A stretch of 64,000 bases of DNA from Bacillota bacterium. GTDB lineage: Bacteria; Bacillota; Negativicutes; Sporomusales; CTSoil-080. Below the pieces are notes generated by a model that was not told the origin of the DNA, ran no database searches, and saw nothing but the letters and a program-made list of their open reading frames with translations. The translations under genes were made by a program, and so were the position numbers. Shown piece after piece: positions 30,575-40,674 of the stretch; the stretch's first letter is position 1; each line of letters starts with the position of its first letter. The stretch is from positions 16,145 through 80,144 of the forward strand of contig JAGGAC010000026.1 of NCBI GenBank assembly GCA_017889635.1, read 5' to 3'.

Positions 30575-31192
30575 ATGAAAAAAGTTTGTCTTTTGGCATT
30601 TTTGCTGCTTTTCCTAACTTCGGCAGTTTGCGCTGCCAGCCCTTTGGCAGACTGCTCCTTAGGAGAAATAGCCTTTAACCTGGATTTGGGCGTTCCTAGT
30701 ATCTCCGACAATAGTACGAAAGTTGACGGAAAACATAGTCTCGGCTATGGGGTCACTGCAGGAGTTGGCTTTGGCTTTGCCGGCCACTATTCGTACGATA
30801 ACTTTGAAACAAAATCGCCGCTCCACGCGAGCAGTGAAATCAAGGCTCAACAAATTTGCCTAGTAAATAATTTATTTGATTTAGTTGGAAATATTTCAAT
30901 TTTTGGCGGGGTTTCACAAACTCAGGTTGTAGGTAGTTCTAAACATAATGGTTTGGTTGTTGGCGTTGCTGGCAGCGTTCCACTTGGCTTTAATACTAAG
31001 GCTTATGCTGTTTTAACCGGCGGCACCCGCATTAGCGGCTATGAAGCCGGCCTCAGTTATGAATTTACCGACCATGCCGATCTCACGCTTGGCTATCGCG
31101 ATACTAAATACAAGGACTTAACTTTTAACGATGGCAGCTCTAGCGATGCTACTGTGAAAGGTTTGGTCGGCGGCGTCAGCTTCAAATTTTAA
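30575..31192 (+). CDS. Small outer-membrane beta-barrel protein
   Basis: Signal peptide, amphipathic strands, C-terminal VSFKF. Confidence 0.7.
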   Translation: MKKVCLLAFLLLFLTSAVCAASPLADCSLGEIAFNLDLGVPSISDNSTKVDGKHSLGYGVTAGVGFGFAGHYSYDNFETKSPLHASSEIKAQQICLVNNLFDLVGNISIFGGVSQTQVVGSSKHNGLVVGVAGSVPLGFNTKAYAVLTGGTRISGYEAGLSYEFTDHADLTLGYRDTKYKDLTFNDGSSSDATVKGLVGGVSFKF

Positions 31193-31298
31193 CTAGTCTT
31201 TATCCCCATAACCCTAAATAAAGACTGTGCTTAAACACAGCCCTCCATAAAAAAAATTGCTTAAAACAATACGTTTTAAGCAATTTTTTATTTATATT

Positions 31299-31799
31299 TC
31301 AATCAATATATGTTGCCATAATTTCACCATAATACATAATATGATAATCGCCATTAGGGTAGCAGGAGGCTTGATATTCTGCTTCCAGCTGCGCTGGAGC
31401 CATTGCTTGCTTAAAAATCACCTTGCACTCATAATGCAGTCCGCAGTCAGCAATAACTGGCGTAGCAATCTTTTTCCCAGGATTGGTTGATAATCCAGCA
31501 GCCTTAAATTTGTCCACAGACCTCCCGGATTTAGCACCACACAAGGCCAGCTCTTGTTTCATATCATTAAATGGTATACTGACCGTAAACTCGTTACTCT
31601 TCTCGATTATTCCATAAGTATACCGAGACGGTCTTACCATCGCCATAAATACCGGTTTTCGCCAAATAAAACCAATACTCCCCCATCCGATAGTCATGGT
31701 ATTTAGTTTGTCGCCATCCCTCGTAGTTAGAAACGCACCTTTATTTAACTGTTCAATTGCTTTTGCGGCATATTCATTATAAGCGACCTCAGTACTCAT
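31299..31799 (-). CDS. Flavin reductase family protein
   Basis: NTMTIGWG, VRPSRYT, CGAKSGR, YHxMYYGEI. Confidence 0.85.
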   Translation of the reverse strand: MSTEVAYNEYAAKAIEQLNKGAFLTTRDGDKLNTMTIGWGSIGFIWRKPVFMAMVRPSRYTYGIIEKSNEFTVSIPFNDMKQELALCGAKSGRSVDKFKAAGLSTNPGKKIATPVIADCGLHYECKVIFKQAMAPAQLEAEYQASCYPNGDYHIMYYGEIMATYID

Positions 31800-31835
31800 C
31801 CATATCATCTCCTTAGAAAATATATCGAACTATAC

Positions 31836-32279
31836 TTATTTTACCACTAAAACTGGGCATTTAGCATAGTAAAGTACATAACTGCTTACACTTCCTAATA
31901 ATATCTCCCTAATAACCCCTAAACCTCGGCTGCCCATTACAATCAAATCATAACTCCTTTCAGCGCAAAAATCCACGATTACCTCGGTTGGCAAACCAAC
32001 TTCCACAAAACTTTGCACTGCCACCTGCGCCGGTATTTGTTTTAAAGTCTCGTTAACAACCGCCAGACCAGCGTCCTTTATATCTTCGACAACTTTTTCT
32101 GGAATATAAATGCCGCTACCAACATCACCAAAGGCCGATATTTTTGAAAATAGATTAACTACATTCAAAACGCTTACTGACGCATCACTAAGCTCAGCCA
32201 AATAGCCAGCATGGGCTGCAGCCCGCAAAGAATTTGGCGAGCCATCTGTCGGCACCAAAATATTTTTAAACTCAGGCAT
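31836..32279 (-). CDS. Universal stress protein
   Basis: ILVPTDGS, DLIVMGSRG, LLGSVS, CPVLVV. Confidence 0.9.
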   Translation of the reverse strand: MPEFKNILVPTDGSPNSLRAAAHAGYLAELSDASVSVLNVVNLFSKISAFGDVGSGIYIPEKVVEDIKDAGLAVVNETLKQIPAQVAVQSFVEVGLPTEVIVDFCAERSYDLIVMGSRGLGVIREILLGSVSSYVLYYAKCPVLVVK

Positions 32280-32299
32280 TTTTATCCCTCCCACTTATT

Positions 32300-33880
32300 T
32301 TAAGCCGACTTCGGCTTTGGATTTACACTTGGTGACCGCCTACGAATGAAAAGCGCTAGGAGACCACCGAAAAAACACAGGATTGCAACCGTAAAAAATA
32401 CATCCTGGAACGACATAATAGCAGCCTGCTTAGCAACCATCGAACTCAGCATTGCTTTAAAAACTGCATATTGCGCTGGCAACAGTCCCCGGCCAGTGAG
32501 CCATCCCTGTACTGCCACCGCAATCTCTGAGCTTGTCATACCTTGGTTTCCCCATAGAGTTTGAAACAACTGAAATATTTCCTGCGAAGAGTGGTTAGCA
32601 GCTGTTAAGTATTCTTTTAATACCGCCGTATGGTATATTTCGCGGCGCGTTAACAGTGTTTCAGCAAAAACAACCCCGATACTGCCACCAATAATTTTAG
32701 CTAAATTAAATATTCCTGATCCAACCCCGATTTTATCTTTCGGCAACGAGGACACAGCACAATTAGTCAACGGCGACATGGTTAGCCCCAGCCCCATTCC
32801 AAATAACGACAGTCGGAATAAAAAATCATGTGTTGCATAATTTAAATTTATTGTATCAAGGGAGTACAACGCAGCGGCAATAAGCATAATCCCCGTAAAT
32901 GCTGGGGCACTTGACCCAAAGCGGTCGGCTAACCGCCCTCCAATTGGTGAAAAAAATACCATAGTGGCAGTCATTGGGAGCATCATCAAACCCGCGGTTG
33001 TCGAATTATACCCCAAATATGATTTTAAGAAAAACGGTAATAAATATGACCCACCGTAAAAAGCAACAAAAGATATAAACCCGATCACATTGGCAATTGC
33101 AAAATTTCGATTGCCAAACAGCCGCATGTCGATCATAGGGTTATTCACCCTGAATTCAACTGCTAAAAATAGGATAAATGCGGCGACAGCCAAATAAAAC
33201 AACGTTACGATATAAAACGAATCCCAGCCTTCCTTCTGGCCCTGGTTAAGAGCTACTAGAAGCGAACTAATACCGATAATTAATAGCGTTGCTCCCGGAT
33301 AGTCTACTGTAACTTTGTCTTTACTTCCTGAAGCTGGAATGATAAGCAGCGCTAAGAAAATGCTGATTATACAGACCGGCCCAATCGAAAAGAAGACTGA
33401 GCGCCAGTCAAACTTTTCGATTAAATATCCCCCGAGTGTAGGTCCCATTGCACTGCCGGCAGCAGCCATCGCGCTCCACACGCCGAGTGCCTGCCCCCGT
33501 TCATGAGGATCAAAAGTTTCGGCAACAACAGTCATCGCATTAGGCAACAACATTCCAGCTCCCACCCCCTGAAGAATCCGGAAAATTATCATTGTCGCTG
33601 ATGATGCTGCCACCCCACAGAGCAAAGAGGCGACGGTAAATAAAATCAACCCCAGTATATACACCTTTTTCGCACCAAACAGATCGCCGAGCTTACCGGT
33701 TAAGGGTAGCGTCGAGCCATATGGCAGCATATATCCCAGCGACACCCAAACAATCGAATCCATATTGAAATTTAGTGCCGCCATAATGTTTGGAAGCGCA
33801 ATGTTAACACAGCTACTGACATATGAGCTAAGTACCGTTCCAATACAAACAGCACTTAATATCGCATATTTTTTAAACAT
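32300..33880 (-). CDS. DHA2 family MFS efflux transporter (EmrB-like)
   Basis: NIALPNIM, GKLGDLFG, GPTLGG; about 14 TM segments. Confidence 0.9.
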   Translation of the reverse strand: MFKKYAILSAVCIGTVLSSYVSSCVNIALPNIMAALNFNMDSIVWVSLGYMLPYGSTLPLTGKLGDLFGAKKVYILGLILFTVASLLCGVAASSATMIIFRILQGVGAGMLLPNAMTVVAETFDPHERGQALGVWSAMAAAGSAMGPTLGGYLIEKFDWRSVFFSIGPVCIISIFLALLIIPASGSKDKVTVDYPGATLLIIGISSLLVALNQGQKEGWDSFYIVTLFYLAVAAFILFLAVEFRVNNPMIDMRLFGNRNFAIANVIGFISFVAFYGGSYLLPFFLKSYLGYNSTTAGLMMLPMTATMVFFSPIGGRLADRFGSSAPAFTGIMLIAAALYSLDTINLNYATHDFLFRLSLFGMGLGLTMSPLTNCAVSSLPKDKIGVGSGIFNLAKIIGGSIGVVFAETLLTRREIYHTAVLKEYLTAANHSSQEIFQLFQTLWGNQGMTSSEIAVAVQGWLTGRGLLPAQYAVFKAMLSSMVAKQAAIMSFQDVFFTVAILCFFGGLLALFIRRRSPSVNPKPKSA

Positions 33881-33937
33881 AAAATTAGAACCTTCCATAC
33901 GGATTTCTTTTAGTAATTTTTACTTACGACCAACACT

Positions 33938-34975
33938 TTACCTAGTTGAAATTTTTATTATTGCTGACATTCCCGGTTTTAGTACCAACTCGGATTCCTC
34001 AGGTTTAATTTTAATTGGCAGTCGCTGAGTAACCTTAGTAAAATTTGCCGAACTATTCTCAGTTGCAAGTAAGGCAAACTGCGACCCGGTTGCCGGGCCA
34101 ACCTCACTCACCTGTCCGGTAAAGGTCGTACCAGGATAAGCATCAACCGTAAATTTGACCTGTTGACCGATTTTAACCCGTCCAATATAGGTTTCTTCAA
34201 TATTTGCGCCAATCCAAACGTCAGCCGGATTTGTTATACTAAACAGTTGTTGACCAGCGGCAATAACTTCACCGACCTCAGCCGACTTTATAGCAACCAC
34301 CCCGGAAACCGGTGCCTTCACGAACGCATCCGCCAATTGAAGTTCCACAAGTTCAAGCGCCGCCTTGGCTTTTTGAACCTGAGCCTGAGCCATCTGAATA
34401 TCCTCCTGGCGTGAGCCTTCGGCACTAAGGCTTAATGCTTCGGCAGCCGAAGCATATTTTGCTTTAGCGATATCATAGGCAGTACTACTGGCATCATTCT
34501 GATGTGCTGATATTACCCCATCCTTAAATAACGCTTCATCCCGTTCACTATTCTTTCGGGCATTTTCCATACTAGCCTTCGCCTCTAAAACCCCTGCATT
34601 AGCCTGAGCGATCTCCTGATGCCGCTTTCCGGCAATTGTTGCCGCAAGATTAGCCTCGGCAACCGCCAGGCTAGCTTTCGCCTGATTTACTTGTGCCGCA
34701 AGTTCCTCTTTTTCAATTACAGCAATTACCTGGCCAGCCTCGACATTATCGCCTTCATTAACCAAGACTTTCTCTATCCTGCCACTTGCTTTAGCGCTTA
34801 CCGCAACAATCGTACCTTTTACTCTGGCATCATCGGTTGACACTGTCTGACTGGCATAAATCCACCACCATATTCCACCAGCCACGAAAATCGCCACTAA
34901 TAGTATTGCAATCATCGCCACATGGCGGTTATTTAGCTTTGGAGTAACCTTATTCACAAAAATTCCCTGCCTCAT
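33938..34975 (-). CDS. EmrA/HlyD family membrane fusion protein
   Basis: STDDARV, ATGSQFALL, NFTKVTQRLPIKI. Confidence 0.9.
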   Translation of the reverse strand: MRQGIFVNKVTPKLNNRHVAMIAILLVAIFVAGGIWWWIYASQTVSTDDARVKGTIVAVSAKASGRIEKVLVNEGDNVEAGQVIAVIEKEELAAQVNQAKASLAVAEANLAATIAGKRHQEIAQANAGVLEAKASMENARKNSERDEALFKDGVISAHQNDASSTAYDIAKAKYASAAEALSLSAEGSRQEDIQMAQAQVQKAKAALELVELQLADAFVKAPVSGVVAIKSAEVGEVIAAGQQLFSITNPADVWIGANIEETYIGRVKIGQQVKFTVDAYPGTTFTGQVSEVGPATGSQFALLATENSSANFTKVTQRLPIKIKPEESELVLKPGMSAIIKISTR

Positions 34976-35036
34976 TTTATAAATTCTTATTCTGCTAAAA
35001 TAAAAAATAACCTACTCGGCAAAAGCAGTTAAAATG

Positions 35037-35396
35037 CTAATTTCCTAGTAGATCGGTACGTAATATTTTTATCTTCCTTTCCAACTTTTTCAATCGATCC
35101 TCCAGCAACACTTCCAGCTCCGGCACCCTAGTAATACCTGCTTCAGTAATAGTATAAATCCTTTTGCTGCGAGTCTCCGAACTAGCCCATTCGCCAACAA
35201 TATAGGACTTCTCTTCCAGCCTTCGAAGTAGCGGATACAAAGCATTGGTATTTGGAGTATAGGCGCCTTCTGTACGCCGGTTAATTTCTGTCACCATTCT
35301 ATTACCATGAGCCGGACCATGCTTAAGTATTTTTAGAATGTATAAACCAAGAGTCAGTCTCATATAACTTTCATAATCCTCTACCTTTTTTGCCAC
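35037..35396 (-). CDS. PadR family transcriptional regulator
   Basis: HGNRM, LYPLLRRLEE, KRIYTITEAG; GTG start at 35396 has an RBS; palindrome TTGATA-N4-TATCAA at 35444-35459. Confidence 0.85.
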   Translation of the reverse strand: MAKKVEDYESYMRLTLGLYILKILKHGPAHGNRMVTEINRRTEGAYTPNTNALYPLLRRLEEKSYIVGEWASSETRSKRIYTITEAGITRVPELEVLLEDRLKKLERKIKILRTDLLGN

Positions 35397-35569
35397 GCTC
35401 TCCCTCCTCACTCTACCGTAAGCCATACTTATTATTTTTACTATTGATAATTATATCAAGATTTTGTATTTGAATCAACGCATGAAAACCCCTGCTGTAC
35501 ACCAAACGAGACCCGAATAAAGGAAAAAGTCGCTCAGAGCGACCGAAAACTTACTTTCTTATAGTAAAC

Positions 35570-36358
35570 TTAACTACTGGCGCTGGTATATGACTTGAGA
35601 GCATAATGCCAAAATCTGCGAGACAACCATAAGAATATCCCGGCAACAACAATTGACATCATTGTTACCACGGCGTTCCAAGCGCCTAATAGAGCGGCAG
35701 CCGGTGCATTAGTAATGAAAGCCACTGGCAACACATATGTAAGTACAAGTCTTAGCCAGCCTCGATACATCGAAACCGGAAATCGGGCAGTTTCAAAAAA
35801 AGAATTGAATATGAACGAAAGATCATCCATCCGGATAACCCAAAAAGCCGTCGTCATTAGCAGCATCCACAGTGAATAGACGAGCACCAGCGAGGCAGCA
35901 AAACTAATGACAAACACCGCACAATCTGCTGACGACGGAATATAACTCTTTGCTGCCAAACCGTAAATTATTAACCCCAACCCAAACACGACGTCTAACA
36001 GCCGCCAGAATACCAAATGACGAAAGCTGACAAAAAACATACTGTCCACAGGCTTGGTAAGAACATAATCCAAAGTTCCCCTACGAACATGTTCTAAGAG
36101 ACGGGTCATGTTGGGACGCAAGGCAAATTCGACAAAGCCCTGCAGCATATTGAAAATTCCAAGCAGCACCAGAACCTCCGAATAAGCCCAGCCGCCCAAC
36201 TCATTGGTTTGATAAAAAAATATCTTAACAGTCAGTATTGCAACCCCGATCCCGATAAAACTAACCAGCAAATTGCCGATAAACTCACCGCGATATTCCA
36301 ATTCTTCAACTAAACAAGTCCTGAAGAATTCACGAAAAATCCGCCAGTGTCGCCGCAT
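35570..36358 (-). CDS. ABC-2 family permease
   Basis: RRGTLDYVLTKP, FPVSMY, C-terminal YTSASS. Confidence 0.85.
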   Translation of the reverse strand: MRRHWRIFREFFRTCLVEELEYRGEFIGNLLVSFIGIGVAILTVKIFFYQTNELGGWAYSEVLVLLGIFNMLQGFVEFALRPNMTRLLEHVRRGTLDYVLTKPVDSMFFVSFRHLVFWRLLDVVFGLGLIIYGLAAKSYIPSSADCAVFVISFAASLVLVYSLWMLLMTTAFWVIRMDDLSFIFNSFFETARFPVSMYRGWLRLVLTYVLPVAFITNAPAAALLGAWNAVVTMMSIVVAGIFLWLSRRFWHYALKSYTSASS

Positions 36359-36359
36359 A

Positions 36360-37102
36360 TTATCCCCCCATAGCCTGATTTTTCTTCAGCCCAGAATAGT
36401 AGTCCAAATGAAAGCTCCTAAAAAACCGGTTCTGATATCGGCCTCCTTAGCAGCCCCGGTAACTAAATCAATCGGAAATCCGACCATATAGCGAAACGGC
36501 AGGTAAATGCTAACTTCTTGCAGTAATGGCGGCAATAAAGCTAATGGCGCAATACGGCCCGACATAAACAGCGAAACTGCTTCAAACATGCTGTAAATGG
36601 CGGTAACCTTGGTAATCCAAAATCCGAAAAGGCCAAACATATAACTAATAGTAAAACGAATGACTGCCCCCAGAAAAAGCGCAAAGATAAACAGCAGCCA
36701 TTGAGGTCCACTTAAATTAAGCTTTAGCGCTGGAACAACCATCGCCAGTAGAAGCCACACCGGAATCAGCGCCACAATAAATAGTGCTTTATAGACAAGG
36801 TTTTCGGCAATAGCCCAATGAATGGGATGGAAAGGCCGGACAATACTGTACGAAAATGTCCCGTCGCGAATCTGACGGTCAAGTTCCCATACATCCCAAG
36901 CACTTGTAGCACGCTCAACAAAAATAAGCGTGGCAAAATAGAGAATGAAATAATCGGTCTGAGTTTCATAAATATTTATCCATACAAGCATGATAATTAG
37001 TGGTTGAACCATCGTGCCAATTAGCCAAACCAAGGTTGCGAGCTGGTAGGCAAACATTTCAATATACTTCATCCGGAGGAGAACAAGGTATTTACTTAAC
37101 AT
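36360..37102 (-). CDS. ABC-2 family permease, C-terminus frameshifted (ORF stops at 36386)
   Basis: IRDGTFS..RPFHP, GRIAPL; terminal GLKKNQAMGG* lies in another frame ending at 36360. Confidence 0.75.
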
Positions 37103-38072
37103 GCGCATCCTCCTGAAAAGCTAAAGAAATAACTTCTTCCATCGGCGGATCCTGGATATTTAAGTCATTCACCGAGAACTCGCGTAACAAATTTGCCGCA
37201 ACTTCCGAAACACGGTCTCTGGCAATGCGTAGTGTAACCTTCCCCTCTTCGCAGACGACTAATTCGCCGAAATTCTCCCACGCTACAATAGGCATCGAAG
37301 AAAGACTAACCTCGACAATTTTGTAGGGCGCTAATCGTTCGGTTAATACCTTCAGATCGCCATCATACATCAACTTTCCATGATTAATGATCATTACCCG
37401 CTCACATAACGCCGTGACATCACCCATATAATGCGAAGTCAATAATACCGTTGTTCCTGTTTCGCGATTATACTTAGCAATAAACCGCCGCACCTTTTCC
37501 TGGGTATTGACGTCCAATCCGATGGTCGGCTCATCCAAAAATAAAATCATCGGGCGATGCAGTAGTGCTGCGGCCAACTCACATTTCATCCGTTGTCCCA
37601 GCGATAATGTACGGGTCGGTTTGGTCAAGAGCGATTCTAATTCCAGAAGTTCGACCAGTTCGTCCAGGGTTCGGCGAAAGGCGTTCTCTTCCAGTTCATA
37701 AATAGCTTTGTTGACCAAAAAAGTTTCCATCGGTGGAATATCCCAAATCAGTTGACTTTTTTGCCCCATAACCAAACTGATCTTTTTTTTAAACTCAACT
37801 TTTTGCTCAAAAGGAACAAAGCCATCTACACGAATTTTTCCTGCCGAGGGGTAAAGCAGCCCCGCCAACATTTTAATAGTAGTGGTTTTCCCAGCGCCGT
37901 TAGGCCCCAGAAAACCAACTATTTCCCCCGACTGAATGGTAAAGGAAACATCTTTGACGGCTTCTACATTTCGGTATTCACGCTTAAATATACTGCGGGC
38001 TGCCGCAAGCCATCCCGCCTGACGTATATGTACTTGAAAATTTTTGTTCAATTGTTCAACTTGGATCGACAT
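37092..38072 (-). CDS. ABC transporter ATP-binding protein
   Basis: GPNGAGKTT, LSLGQRM, LFLDEPTIGLD. Confidence 0.95.
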   Translation of the reverse strand: MSIQVEQLNKNFQVHIRQAGWLAAARSIFKREYRNVEAVKDVSFTIQSGEIVGFLGPNGAGKTTTIKMLAGLLYPSAGKIRVDGFVPFEQKVEFKKKISLVMGQKSQLIWDIPPMETFLVNKAIYELEENAFRRTLDELVELLELESLLTKPTRTLSLGQRMKCELAAALLHRPMILFLDEPTIGLDVNTQEKVRRFIAKYNRETGTTVLLTSHYMGDVTALCERVMIINHGKLMYDGDLKVLTERLAPYKIVEVSLSSMPIVAWENFGELVVCEEGKVTLRIARDRVSEVAANLLREFSVNDLNIQDPPMEEVISLAFQEDAHVK

Positions 38073-38289
38073 TCAGCCCTCCAGCCCTTATTTTTTGTAA
38101 GCTCAACCCCTGCGCAAAATCACAGCAGCGTTTGTCCAACACGACATATATCGGACTTCTGACCTAATATATTATTCACTTTTAATTATATTACATTTCG
38201 CCCCATTTCCCTATTCCATCCTGCTTAATTAACAAATTGGACAGTCGAACGCATTGCACATTGTGCCCGAATTTTTGCCAATAAAAGAA

Positions 38290-38330
38290 ATACCGTTGCC
38301 TGTCAAAAAGCGCTCGACAGGCAACGGTTT
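38290..38330 (-). terminator. Intrinsic terminator
   Basis: ACCGTTGCCTGTC...GACAGGCAACGGT. Confidence 0.6.
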
Positions 38331-38355
38331 AGAGGGATGTTTATACAGGTTATTA

Positions 38356-38631
38356 TTATTTGATTTTAAAATAGGCCTTCATTGGTTTAATGTTTAGACC
38401 CAGATGTATTAGACCGGCAATAATAAATATATAGCCCGCCAATTCATGCACTCCCTTGGGATAGACAGATTGAGCCGGACGCGCTGGAACGCTGGTATCA
38501 ACACTATTATTAACTGCTGACTTTTCTATCGCGGGTGGCTTACCTCCGCCATGATACAGCGCCATTTGCAACCCTGTTATAGAAACAAGCAAAAAGGTCA
38601 CTAACAGGACAATTGACGTAATTCGCCGCAT
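38356..38631 (-). CDS. DUF4405-like small membrane protein
   Basis: LVSITGL TM, HELAG, HLGLN pattern. Confidence 0.7.
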   Translation of the reverse strand: MRRITSIVLLVTFLLVSITGLQMALYHGGGKPPAIEKSAVNNSVDTSVPARPAQSVYPKGVHELAGYIFIIAGLIHLGLNIKPMKAYFKIK

Positions 38632-38690
38632 AGCTTTCCTTCCTCCTTAAACATATTTTGTCTTGAACTAATAGAATATGTTTCACTCTA

Positions 38691-38723
38691 AGTATATCCC
38701 GCCAAAGTTACATTAATGTTACG
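38691..38723 (-). promoter_or_regulatory. WalR-like direct repeat CGTAAC-N5-TGTAAC, 10 bp upstream of TATACT
   Basis: Half-sites 38718-38723 and 38707-38712; -10 at 38691-38696. Confidence 0.7.
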
Positions 38724-38724
38724 G

Positions 38725-39945
38725 CTAAGAACCTGCTTTTACTCGGTAACAGATATACAGGCCAACCAGCCATACAGGAGCAACATATAGGGAATAACGC
38801 ATATCAGGAATAAACGCCATAATTACAACCAACGCTGCCAGAAAAGCTAAACAAAAGTACGAACTAATGGGATAAAATGGCATTTTAAATTCAAGCCCCT
38901 TATACTCACGAGCTTTATGCGCCCGAAACTTCAACTGTACAACTAATATTATCGCCCAATTGATAATAATAGCAATTGTCGCTAACGCCATAAAATAGAA
39001 AAAAACCTTTTCCGGATCAAGATAGCTGATTAGTACCGCGACTAGGGTAAGCGCCGAAGAAGCCAGCACCGCTGGTACCGGTACACCATGCGAATTAAGC
39101 TTGCCAAAGATTTTAGGAGCATTACCTTGCACCGCCAGGCCATAAAGCATCTTCCAGGGAAATATCGCCAAAATAACTGTCATCGCACCAACATAAAAAA
39201 TCAGTATTCGCCACATTACCTGATTAATCGCCTGCGGGATAGATTTTTTTGGGTTTTCGGCTTCTCCGGCAGTGATACCGACAAGCTCAACCCCGCCAAA
39301 TGCAAACATTACAATAACCAGCGACATAAACCAGTCATAGATTCCTTTGGGGAAAAAGCCGCCATGCTCCCACAGGTTACTAATTCCGATAGGTTGTCCA
39401 CCATGGCCAACACCGAAAACAATTATAAATACGCCGAAAATAATCATGCCAATAATTGCTAACACCTTGATAATTGCAAACCAAAACTCAAATTCACCAT
39501 ACGCTTTTACATGAATAAGATTAATTATGGTTATAATTCCCAAACAAACCAGTGCTGAAATCCAGGTTGGAACATCTCCTAGCCAATAATTTATGTAAGT
39601 GCCAACAACTGATAATTCAGCCATACCAACAACTACATAATTAAACCAATAGTTCCACCCAGCCATAAACCCCGGCAGTTTACCCCAGTACTCATAAGCA
39701 TAATGACTGAAGGAACCTGATACAGGATTATCAACCGACATTTCCCCCAGCGCCCGCATTATAAAGAAAATAACAATGCCGCCAATTAAATATGACAAAG
39801 TAATAGCTGGCCCCGCCATTTTTACAACAGTGGCTGAACCATAAAACAACCCTGTTCCAATTGCGCCACCTAGGGCGATCATTTGAATATGACGGTTTTT
39901 TAGTCCACGCTGTACATGCTGCTCAGGATTATTATCATTACTCAT
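38725..39945 (-). CDS. Amino acid permease (AroP/ProY/LysP family), probably with an in-frame internal deletion
   Basis: RHIQMIALGGAIGTGLF, YGEFEFWFAIIKV, GEAENP; IFPW joined directly to KMLYGL. Confidence 0.85.
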   Translation of the reverse strand: MSNDNNPEQHVQRGLKNRHIQMIALGGAIGTGLFYGSATVVKMAGPAITLSYLIGGIVIFFIMRALGEMSVDNPVSGSFSHYAYEYWGKLPGFMAGWNYWFNYVVVGMAELSVVGTYINYWLGDVPTWISALVCLGIITIINLIHVKAYGEFEFWFAIIKVLAIIGMIIFGVFIIVFGVGHGGQPIGISNLWEHGGFFPKGIYDWFMSLVIVMFAFGGVELVGITAGEAENPKKSIPQAINQVMWRILIFYVGAMTVILAIFPWKMLYGLAVQGNAPKIFGKLNSHGVPVPAVLASSALTLVAVLISYLDPEKVFFYFMALATIAIIINWAIILVVQLKFRAHKAREYKGLEFKMPFYPISSYFCLAFLAALVVIMAFIPDMRYSLYVAPVWLVGLYICYRVKAGS

Positions 39946-40139
39946 ACTTTCCTCCTCAGCCATAAATCATCGTTTGATTCTCCATAATTCTCATCTTTAT
40001 ATTTTGATTATTAAGAAATTAGTTTGTCTTTACCTACATAATCATAGGATAACCGAGATTAATTGTCAACGATTCCATTAATTTCTACCTGTTCTTTATA
40101 TAACTTTAGGCCTTTGCAAATATACATTATTTTCACCTT

Positions 40140-40172
40140 CGTAACATTCTTGTAACATTATAATATTATACT
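40140..40172 (+). promoter_or_regulatory. WalR-like direct repeat CGTAAC-N5-TGTAAC, 10 bp upstream of TATACT
   Basis: Half-sites 40140-40145 and 40151-40156; -10 at 40167-40172. Confidence 0.7.
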
Positions 40173-40224
40173 AATAATATTAGTAGCATTTACTTGTTAC
40201 AAATTATAAAGGAGGATTCTTACT

Positions 40225-40593
40225 ATGAAAAAGACATTAACTGTACTACTTGCTTTATTTGTTGTCGGCCTTGCACCAACTGTAAGTGCTAATGCTGTAA
40301 ATCCAGACTTAGCTGCTCCACAATATCAAATGTATGCTGCTCCAAACGAACCGGTACCACCTGCTCCACACAAAAAGAAGAAACCTCGCCCTCAACCTGC
40401 ACCGCATAAACTTGCACCGCAGCAACCTGCACCACATAAACCTGCACCGCAGCAACCTGCACCACAGCAACCTGCACCGCATAAACTTGCACCGCAACAA
40501 CCTGCACCGCAGCAACCTGCACCGCAGCAACCTGCACCGCATAAAAAACCTATACAGCATAAACCCGGTCAACCGGACCAGCCACAACCTTAA
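40225..40593 (+). CDS. Secreted Pro/Gln/His-rich repeat protein
   Basis: GGAGG RBS, Sec signal peptide (..TVSA), ten QPAP(H/Q)-type pentapeptides. Confidence 0.8.
   Translation: MKKTLTVLLALFVVGLAPTVSANAVNPDLAAPQYQMYAAPNEPVPPAPHKKKKPRPQPAPHKLAPQQPAPHKPAPQQPAPQQPAPHKLAPQQPAPQQPAPQQPAPHKKPIQHKPGQPDQPQP
40393..40542 (+). repeat. 15-bp tandem repeat x10 (coding)
   Basis: Units such as CAACCTGCACCGCAG/CAT and AAACTTGCACCGCAG. Confidence 0.9.
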
Positions 40594-40610
40594 CCAATGC
40601 GGCCAGGGTA

Positions 40611-40652
40611 AAAAATAAAAGCTTCCTTTATGCAGGAAGCTTTTATTTTTTT
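40611..40652. terminator. Bidirectional terminator
   Basis: AAAAATAAAAGCTTCCT-6nt-AGGAAGCTTTTATTTTT. Confidence 0.7.
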
Positions 40653-40674
40653 ACCTTCTAGACTCCGACTTAAA

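Noticed and set aside
40393-40542. Possible CRISPR array
   Set aside because: Contiguous 15-bp units with no unique spacers and no cas genes.
40289-40618. Repetitive ORFs in other frames (VQVAAVQV.., RCRLL.., NLHR..)
   Set aside because: Shadows of the 15-bp coding repeat; only 40225..40593 has an RBS, a signal peptide and a paralog.
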